Shown in pieces: positions 54,468 to 64,000 of a stretch of DNA of 64,000 nt. Source of the DNA: Octopus vulgaris. Its lineage: Eukaryota. A model generated the notes under the pieces. That model was not told the origin of the DNA. It did no database searches and saw nothing but the letters and a program-made list of their open reading frames with translations. Position numbers and translations under genes: made by a program. The stretch lies in the NCBI GenBank assembly GCA_951406725.2, contig OX597818.1:82522001-82586000 (forward strand), given 5' to 3'. Within the stretch, counting starts at the first letter, position 1. Each line of letters starts with the position of its first letter.

Positions 54468-55019
54468 AAAAATTTCTCTGGTTTCACATCTGTAGAAGTA
54501 GGCACTCTGGATTTCTACAATAAAGATTTCTTCTGAAATTGACTGTAGAAAGTGCCATTACTAACAGTAAGTATCCATATCACAGATTGCCTTCTCTGAA
54601 GAAGGGCGTGTATCCGAAACGGCAGAACCGTTTTCCTTGTGTCTGAATATCTATATAACTAAATAACGAATTTTGGCAGAACACAAACAATATTAGGGGA
54701 GGTAGTTAGTCTGTTCCATGGACCTCCAGTTATTAAATGTTACTTATATCATCAACCCTAGATTGCAGAAAATAAATTTGACATCGGCAAGTTTTGTACT
54801 AAGAAAATATAAAGATGGAATAAATGCCGCTAAATGCTTTTGTTCAACCATGTATGAAAATTCATGTTCGGAGATTACCGCTACTTGTGTTTTACACCTT
54901 TCTCCACTTTTTTCTTCATTTGTGTGTCAGTCTCTCTCGCTCCCTTCCTCGCTTTCTTTCTCCCCCGTCTTTCTCCCTTCCTTTCTCTCCTTTCCTCTCC
55001 TCCCCTCTCTTAATACATA

Positions 55020-55418
55020 CTCTTTTACTCTTTTACTTGTTTCAGTCATTTGACTGTGTACATGCTGGAGCACCGCTTTTTGTCGAGCAAATCGACCCCA
55101 GGATTTATTCTTTGTAAGCCTAGTACTTATTCTATCGGTGTTACTTATGCCGAACCGCTAAGTTACGGGGACGTAAACACACCAGCATCGGTTGTCAAGC
55201 GATGTTGGTGAGACAAACACAGGCACACAAACATACGCACACACAAATATACATATATACGACGGGCTTCTTTCAGTTTCCGTCTACGAAATCTACTCCC
55301 AAGGCTTTGGTTGGCCCGAGGCTATAGTAGAAGACAATTGCCCAAGGTGTCACGCAGTAGAACCGAACCCGGAACCATGTGGTTGGTAATCAAGCTACTT
55401 ACCACACAGCCACTCCAA
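55020..55418 (-). mobile_element. Full-length SINE family D (another 3' half follows at 55500-55660)
   Basis: Closely similar to 50488-50892. Confidence 0.9.
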
Positions 55419-55689
55419 CATCCACATTCCCTTTCATGTTTCAGATTTTAATTCCTATTTATATTTTCATTTTTCTGATTTTTTATATTATAATTTTTGT
55501 CTTTTACTTCTTACAGTCATTGGATGACAGCCATGTTGGGGCATCTGCTAAACCACAAATTTACGGAGCCGAAAACAAAACAGCGTCGGTTGTCAAGCTG
55601 TGGTGAAACAAACGCAAACACGGGCGCACACGAATTCACTCACAAACACGCACACACACACACACACAAAATAATGAAGGCAGCTGTAG

Positions 55690-55890
55690 GCAATATAAAG
55701 CCCAAAAAGAAAATTCAGTTGTGACTAATTGTGACCAATATTGCTATAAATAAGAGTTAAAAACCCTTACAGCTGCAAGAAAGCTCATTTTCATATACTG
55801 GCAGGGGAGATAATTGCTCCATAAGCAAAGCTGGATCATTAGACTAGACAAATTTCGCCTGAAAACTTAAAAGCTCGTCAGTACTGACTA
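55690..55890 (-). mobile_element. Second copy of the hammerhead-bearing repeat seen at 33140-33360
   Basis: Minus strand CTGACGA-gctt..aggc-GAAA-tttg-TC, then attatctcccctgccagt and ttatttatagcaatattggt, homologous to attatctcccttgtcagt and ttatttctagcaatactggt downstream of the 33192 ribozyme. Confidence 0.6.
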
Positions 55891-57068
55891 CACTTATCGC
55901 CGTACGGCTTGGCAAAATCTACTGTCAGTATATATATTTACCATGTAAATTCATGGCTGATTTAGCAAAATGCCAATATGGGAAAATTATATATATATAT
56001 ATTCATACCGCAAGAAGAGCCGCGCTGTGGGATTGAGCACGAAACCACATGGTCAAAAAGTGGGCTTCTTAACCATGTCACTATACCTGTTCAGTCTCAA
56101 ATTCATTTTATCTACAATTTTCGTAGCACGAATGCTAGTTTTCATTTAAATCATTCCTGCATTATTTTCTCGATTTTTTTCCTCTTTTCTTTCTTTCATT
56201 CTTTCTCATCCTAGCATTTTAATTCGTTCATCCATAAATTCATTCCTTGTTTTTCGTTTATTTGTTTCATTTCCACTCTTCTCCTTCATTACTTTTCCTT
56301 TTCCTTCTTTATGTCTTTTGTGCAAATTATATCTTTCCATCTTTTTCTCATTCCTAATTTCTTTTTCCCTTGCTCCTTGCTTTCGTCCCATCGTTGTTTT
56401 ATCAGCTGCATTTCTTCTTTTTTATCACATGTTTTTCTTCCCCCTCCTCCCACCCACATGTAAATGATTTCTTTCATTCTTACGCTTGTTTTGCGATTCG
56501 TACATTGTATATTTATTACCATCAGACTTTCTTTTCTTTCATTTTCTATCTTTCACTGTTTATTTTTATATATTTTTCATGTTTCTTTCCTTCTTTCATT
56601 CCTTCTGTGATGCTTGCAAGTTATGTATTTTACCTTCTTTCTTTCTTTCTTTCTTTCCGCTTCTGTTTCTATTTATTCAAATACGGCTTGATACGTTAAA
56701 TTTTCATTTAAAGTTCTATTCTCCAATCTAATACATTTTTTCTCTTTAATAAAAACGTTATTCCTTTTCGAGTTGTATTTCCAAGATTCCTCATTCAAAT
56801 TTCATCTTTGAAATTCCTCCTCATAATACATGTTATTCCATATTCCATTTTCTTATTTCATATTCTTCATTTCTTCCTCATGTTGCCGCAAATACAAACA
56901 ATACATTTCTTCTTTATTTTCTTTCTGGAAACGAATTTGTATAGACATGTACACATATAAAAATACATACATTCACACACAGACACAGACACAGACACAC
57001 ACACACACATACATATATATATATATCCCTCTGTTTATATATATTTGTATGTATGTATATGTATATGC

Positions 57069-57101
<33 letters not shown>

Positions 57102-57103
57102 CA

Positions 57104-57143
<40 letters not shown>

Positions 57144-57147
57144 TGCG

Positions 57148-57183
<36 letters not shown>

Positions 57184-57299
57184 ACCATATATAACACATA
57201 TAAACATACATGCATACATACATATATATGGAAATATACATACATGCCTATGTCTTTGTCAGTATATCCAACTATCTATCTATCTATTATCTATTTATC

Positions 57300-58250
57300 T
57301 AATCAAAATATGCAACAAAGATATCCAGAGGTAATGCAGTACGATCATTTCAAGCAACTCCATGCAATTGAAGAATGCAATCATTACATAGATTTAAATG
57401 CAGAGCAATCCTCAGCTGCATAGAGACATAGAATTTAATTAACTTAAAACATATGGGCACAATAATGTAATTTTACCTAAAATCTCCTAAAAGGTAAGGG
57501 GATAGACAGAAACATGCTGTCTTCACTTCAGCTTAGAAGCTACTAAGCTATCAAGAAGAAAGACTTGTTACAGATTTTTCATGTCACTGTTTTATGGGGT
57601 TAGTTTTAATTTATAGACTAATCTATCAAATCTTTGTATACCTAAGACCAAAAGAGCGAGGAGTAATGCCTGTTAGGAAGTGGGCTGAAGGAGTCGACAG
57701 AAATCATAGTGGATATAGTCATAAAAACTATCAAGATTTATTTGAAGCAATATCATGAGATTTGGTAAAGGAAATCAGGATGTTAGCAGACAATTAAAGG
57801 GGCAGGCCACTAGTAGATATTTGATTATGAAACAGGGGAAATCATATCATGTGATACTATAGGTAAATATTTTAAACAACATTGCCATATTGTATGAAGT
57901 TAAAATTAGGGTTATTGAGAAGATTATTAAGAAGAATATTATAACAAAAGGATAAAAAGATTGATTAAATAAATTTGAGTATGTACGAGACTTTTACCAC
58001 AATATAGGGAGGAAAAGAAATTATCGCGAAATAGTTTAATATTTATACATATCATATACTTAAATACTAAATTATAAGATGGTATCAATAAAGATTAATC
58101 AATTGGTATATACTGGTATTTAATAAAGGTGTACTGAGGTAAAAGAACATGCTAACTATATATTAATTAAATTATAATCTAAGCAGTTTAAGTAGTGAAT
58201 ATACCAGTATTATTTTATATAAGCTAAGTATGAATTTATAGAGGTACAAA
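57300..58250 (-). mobile_element. Possible decayed Penelope-like element 3' region
   Basis: Minus-strand pieces YSIT*, LLVACPFN and LVYKLK recall the Y.I.C, PVA.HFN and WIYKL motifs of Penelope GIY-YIG C-termini. Confidence 0.3.
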
Positions 58251-58540
58251 CTTACTGATAAATAAAGGCTATTATAGAATGATAAATAACAAAATAAAAT
58301 GTATGTATTGATACACGCAGAGAGAGATTGGGAGACAGAAAGATAGAGTGAGTGTCAGAGAACGACAGATAAATATGAGGTAGGTAACGGAGACGAAAAT
58401 TTCACGTGACTCTCGACTTTCTGAGTAAAATAATAAAAAAAGAAAAGAAACATCTACATATATTAGTGTGACTCTTCAACTAGTGTCTCATTTCAAATAC
58501 ACACGCACACACACACAGAAATCTATCTATATACCTATCA

Positions 58541-58639
<99 letters not shown>

Positions 58640-58668
58640 TACACATACATACATATATACACACACAC

Positions 58669-58716
<48 letters not shown>

Positions 58717-58737
58717 GTGTGTGTGTGTGTGTGTGTA

Positions 58738-59150
58738 CAAGAGAAGTGAGAAGATGGAGATAAGACTAATAAAAAAGTTTATAAACAAAAGATCAAACCT
58801 ACAATTGTTTCAACTCAGTACTTGCAGCATAAAATTTAACCAAGTATAGTTAGCCATAAATTGATATAAATAATGATAATACGAATAATGGTGATGTGTA
58901 AAAAACAATAGACTAAATATATGTCTAAAAAACAATATGACTAACTATATATTTTTTATAACTGTGTCTATTTTGATAACTGTGTATATATTTTAAACTA
59001 TAATAGTACACTGTATTAACAATGAATTTATTTAAATTATATTAAATTTGGTTAATTTTTATGCTGCACGCGATGAATTGAAACATTTGTAGGCCTGGTT
59101 TGGCCAATGTCAGTAAACTTATTTTGATCGTATCTCCATCTTCTCTTTTG
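58738..59150. mobile_element. Old inverted-repeat element, Penelope pLTR-like
   Basis: Arms gagaagatggagata..cctacaa..tgcagcataaaatttaaccaa and ttggttaatttttatgctgca..ttgtagg..tatctccatcttctc; the right arm has GAAACatttGTA-gg. Confidence 0.6.
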
Positions 59151-59262
59151 TTTTGCTTAATATCAATAATACTGTATATGTTTTGCCTGCTTTGTTAGGC
59201 ATTCAGCCAGTCTAGTCTTCGATAGTTTTATCCCACCAAGGTTTATATCCTCACCTGTACAT

Positions 59263-59312
<50 letters not shown>

Positions 59313-59320
59313 ATATATCG

Positions 59321-59651
59321 GGACCCCCTTCGGTCAGGAATGACCATGGGATTGCACCTAGAAAGTTACCGTCCCAAGTACAAGTCCAGGCAAGGTTGCT
59401 ATGGAAGACCAGCAGTCGCCCATGCATACCGGCCTCCCCTCTCCACGCCACCAGTGTTATCCAAGGGAAAGGCAAAGGCCGATAGGGCTTGGCACCAGTG
59501 ACGTCGCAACTCATTTCTACGGCTGAGTGAACTTGAGAAACGTGAAATAAAGTGTCTTACTCAAGAACACAACACGCAACACGATCCGGGATTCGAACTC
59601 ACAACCTCACGGTCATAAGTTTGACGCTCTAACCACTGAGCTACGCGCCTT
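59321..59651 (-). mobile_element. SINE family A
   Basis: Closely matches 23434-23763. Confidence 0.9.
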
Positions 59652-60049
59652 CACACACACACGTGTGTGTGTGTGTGTATATATGTATATATGTATGTAT
59701 ATATATGTTTTCTGCCGAAATGCCAAAGAATGTGATTTCTGAACGACATCCATCGGAACGAATTCAGCTTCGATGTACATCATATAATTGAATCCAGCAT
59801 AAATATTTAGTGTTGCATGACACAACAAGCACATATTCTGTAACCAAAACAGACAAAAAAATGGAAGATGTTTGGTTTGAGATATGCATGCATCTTCCTG
59901 CAATTTTTCTATATTTTGGATATTAAAATTACATAAAATAATCATCTTTTGTGCTAATATACATGTCAAAGCTGCTATGAAGTGCATCTTCAGCTTTCGG
60001 TCTTTCAACATTCAGATTTCAACTCCTGTTGATTCAGCCGAAGTGTGAT

Positions 60050-60300
60050 AGCGTGTGGCTTAGTGGTTAGGGATCTGGAGTCATGATCGTAAGATTGTGG
60101 TTTCGATTCCGGGCGATGAGTTGTGTTCTTGAGCAAGACACTTCACATTGCTCCAGTCCACTCAGCTTGCAAATATGAGTAATCCTGCAACGGACCCCCC
60201 CCCCCCCATCTATGTGGGGAAATATATATGCCACTGAAACTGAGAAACTGGTCTTTATGAGTCGGTATCACTTGAGAAGATAATTTTACATTTAACTTTT
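60050..60300 (+). mobile_element. SINE family B
   Basis: gtggcttagtggttaggg..catgatcgtaagattgtggtttcgattcc; tail as in the 32730 copy. Confidence 0.8.
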
Positions 60301-60344
60301 TACCCTGCCGAAGTTTAGGAAGTCCGGGCTTGCATCCCCGTACT

Positions 60345-60610
60345 ATCAAAATCTTGGTCTTCCCGTATTATCCAGAGCCTAACATTCACCTTCTCTGCAC
60401 CTCCAGTGATGGAATTTATGGCCTTCATTTTGATGCTCTAATAAAACAATTCCAGAGAGAGCCTTGTGAAATGAACGCCCCAAGAAACTCCGGCACTCCA
60501 CTTTGATTGCCTCACCACTTGTCTGGCAGCTCTAATGCAATACTCTTTCAACTCTTTGTATTTGGGACGTTTTCTCTCAAGATACAATCAGTTCACACAC
60601 GATCACCTGT
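60345..60610 (-). pseudogene. Hero-like RLE retrotransposon C-terminal fragment
   Basis: QVIVCELIVS*E..KRPKYKEL..C / EAIKVECRSFLGRS / AINSITGGAEKVNVRLWIIR matches ELTVPWE..K..KY..IEVG.RGF..AEKAS.WLW. Confidence 0.65.
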
Positions 60611-61107
60611 AATTTAGACTTTGATAACACTACTATGTCTGGGCGTTGTGGGGGTGTGTTTGTGTGTTAGTTTAATTGCAGGTATGTCGGAATGGATATG
60701 TCAGCAATGAACCAAATTAGTTAGAACATTGCCTGGGGGTTGGTAGGATTGATTACAGATGGAATTTAGAGTGCCAGCGCTGTTATACATTCCTACGTTG
60801 ATTCCCTTAATGATTTACGTTACGTTTGCTGGTAACTTTGAACTTTCAGTCTCTTACAAGCTGGATTGTTGATTGAAAAATTGTTGCACTAATACTCGAA
60901 AACACATGGAATTCCTTTATACACCACCACTATACACGTTCACGTTCATTTACATATGTTTCTACATATGTAAATTTAGATACACGCTCTCATATACGCT
61001 TATACACACATAGACAGATATATGAGTATATAATGTATACATAAAATCTTTTATTTAATACGCAAAGCGAACAATTGAAATGTAATCGATAGGTAGGACT
61101 ACATACT

Positions 61108-62117
61108 TTAGTATTTAGTTGACATTCCCTTTGCAGTTTTTAATTCAGAAACTCTTTTTGGCATTGAACTGATGAGCTTTGTGATTGTCTCTTGTGGAAT
61201 TTTTGCCCACTTTTCACGCAACAATCGAAACAATTCATCTTTAGATTTAGGTTTCTGTCGAGTTTTCCTGATAGCTCTATCTAGTATGCCTCAAAGATTT
61301 TCAATTGGGTTCATGTCAGGAGATTGGCTCGACCAAGGAAGCTTTTTGATCCCATTTTCTGTCAACCATTGTTGATTCCTTTTTGCTGTGTGGCATGGAG
61401 CCCCATCTTCCATGAATAAAAACTCATTTTCATTATGTTATCGTGTGAATACATCGGAAGTAGTCTTTGCTGAAGTATTTCGATGTAGTTTTCAGAGTTT
61501 ATGGTTCCAACACATTCGATCAGCTCAGAACGACCATTGCTGGTGACAGCTACCCATACCATTACAGAGATACCGCCATGTTTCACAGTTGGTTGGAGTC
61601 GTTTCAAATCAAATTCTTGATTGGGAAGCCTCCAGACCCAAACACGTCCACTGTCTGAAAATAATGCAAATCTAGATTCATTTGAGAAAATCACTCTATC
61701 CCAAAATGAACTGGATTTTTCTGATATCTCCTTAGCCCATTACTTTCTTTTCATGTTATTGGTTGAAGGAGAGGATTTCTTCAAGCTGTTCGTCCATAAT
61801 ACCCAAGCTTATGCAGATATGTAACACACGTTCTTGGATTAAATTCTAGCTGTTTTTCAATGTCAGAAGCCTTCGAACGGGGTTCGTCTTCCACAATTCT
61901 CCTCAAACAGCAAAGCTTCATTTCCGAGGACCCAGGACAATAATCTGTTGATTCTGTTCCTTTGCGTTTGAATTGCACTTTAATTCTAGTAATAGTGGCA
62001 ACAGGAATGTCAAGATTTTCGGCAATTTTTCGCTGGCTAAGACCAGCCTCAGATTGCCCAATAATACAACCTCTTTGAAAATCTGGCTGTTCTGCTGAAT
62101 TTTTTTGTGCGTGGCAT
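61108..62117 (-). pseudogene. Tc1-family transposase pseudogene
   Basis: DFQRGCIIGQSEAGLSQRKIAENL; [23 protein letters not shown]; EDGAPCH; QSPDMNPIENL; AKGMSTKY*. Confidence 0.9.
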
Positions 62118-62230
62118 GGTTACTCTTCCCAAATATTTATTATATTGACACCTGCAATGAAAAAGAATAATTACTTTGCAAATTCCACACCATTGAAAAC
62201 ATATTAAGGTGTCTATTTACATCCTGCGTG

Positions 62231-62301
<71 letters not shown>

Positions 62302-62557
62302 AGTTAAAAAACAGAGTGATATAACGGTTACAAATTAATTTATTAAATAATCAACATATCAAGCAACAAGTATTTCATTTCTCAAATAAGATTAAAATTA
62401 CAAAACATATATAAAAAGTATACCTTTGCATTTTAAATACGTTATCAGGAAAGTCTTCAGTGTTTTAAGAGGAAAATAAGGATTACATTAGGATGCTTTC
62501 AAAATATACAAAATATATAAACATGTTTAAGTGAATTTAAATAATAATAAAAAGCAA

Positions 62558-62641
<84 letters not shown>

Positions 62642-62735
62642 GTATATATACGTATGTACACACATATATGTATGTGTCTGTCTCTCGGTCTCTCTTTCTC
62701 TCTGTATACATACATATATATGTATATGTATATAG

Positions 62736-62829
<94 letters not shown>

Positions 62830-63095
62830 ACGTATATATGTTTGCAGATACATCAGAAATAAATTATACAGTGAAACAAAGCTATATATCTCGGTGTATA
62901 TATAGATATTATGCGATAGATTTCTTTTTATTTCTACCTAAGCATATCCATTTTTGCATGAGCATTCGTATGTATATAAACCGTATGTACATAATACATA
63001 CATTCGTATGTATACAAACCGACAGTTCTTTATACGCACAATTACACACGCTCACTCATATTCCCACATGTACATGAATGCACTTCTATTTCTAC

Positions 63096-63134
<39 letters not shown>

Positions 63135-63232
63135 GCAAAATAAAAAACATTCATGGGTATATATATGAATATACAAGCACACACGTATATACGCACATGT
63201 ATACATACATAAAAATATACATACATGCATAC

Positions 63233-63300
<68 letters not shown>

Positions 63301-63529
63301 GTATATATATATATATAACAGTGAATGGCTGTATAACGATACATTCCTTTATACTACTCTACTTAAAGCATGAATCTGTTGCAGATGCAGGCAGCTGGTC
63401 TGATGTGTCTGATGCATTCTCTCGCTATATTAACTGCATATTAACTGCAGCGAATGCAATAAATCACTGAGCAGTGCCATGCAATGTGCCGAGTTTCACA
63501 TTATTCTTATTTATTTGTTGATATTCGTT

Positions 63530-63576
63530 TATTATTATTATTATTATTATTGTTATTGTTGGTGTTATTGTTGTTG

Positions 63577-63652
<76 letters not shown>

Positions 63653-63785
63653 TTTTTCTTCTTATTAATATGATTTTGGTTATATAAATGTTTGAAATTT
63701 ATGATATTTCGCCTTTGTTATAACAATAAGAAACGTAAAAAAGCAACAAGAAGCAGAAACCAACAATATACAGTAGAAGTAACAA

Positions 63786-63854
<69 letters not shown>

Positions 63855-63855
63855 A
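63530..63855. repeat. (ATT)n/(GTT)n and (AGT)n microsatellites
   Basis: Directly visible. Confidence 0.95.
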
Positions 63856-63913
63856 AATATAATATATATTTTTATTGGCCATATATTTGTTGCTCGTGTT
63901 GTCGTTGATGTTT

Positions 63914-63950
<37 letters not shown>

Positions 63951-64000
63951 ATGTGCGGTAGTTATACGTATTAGCCTGTTTGTCTGAGCTAGAGCGAAAA

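Overview
AT-rich, repeat-saturated eukaryotic DNA (intronic or intergenic), most likely from a coleoid cephalopod (Octopus-like). That assignment is inferred from the tRNA-derived SINE families and the very high density of (TA)n, (CA)n, (GATA)n and (AAT)n repeats. No host protein-coding gene is identifiable, and almost every ORF in the track is a microsatellite read-through. The real content is transposable elements. There is one young, 5'-truncated Tx1/L1-clade LINE with an intact ~490-codon ORF2 segment, sitting exactly inside a (GATA)n array. Decayed R4/Dong, Hero-like, RTE, CR1-like and Penelope-like retroelements are present, along with Tc1 and mariner pseudogenes, a Helitron helicase remnant, a complete non-autonomous Helitron, MITE/foldback elements and about 30 SINE copies from at least 5 families. 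The most interesting signals are: (1) a canonical type I hammerhead ribozyme at 33192-33243, with a homologous second copy and several decayed ones, some inside inverted-repeat arms (Penelope/retrozyme-like); (2) a probable (GATA)n-targeting Tx1 element; (3) a SINE/CR1-LINE partner pair caught as a chimera; (4) a ~460-bp palindrome from which a new TIR element can be reconstructed. All family names come from motif recognition by eye, and boundaries of old repeats are approximate.
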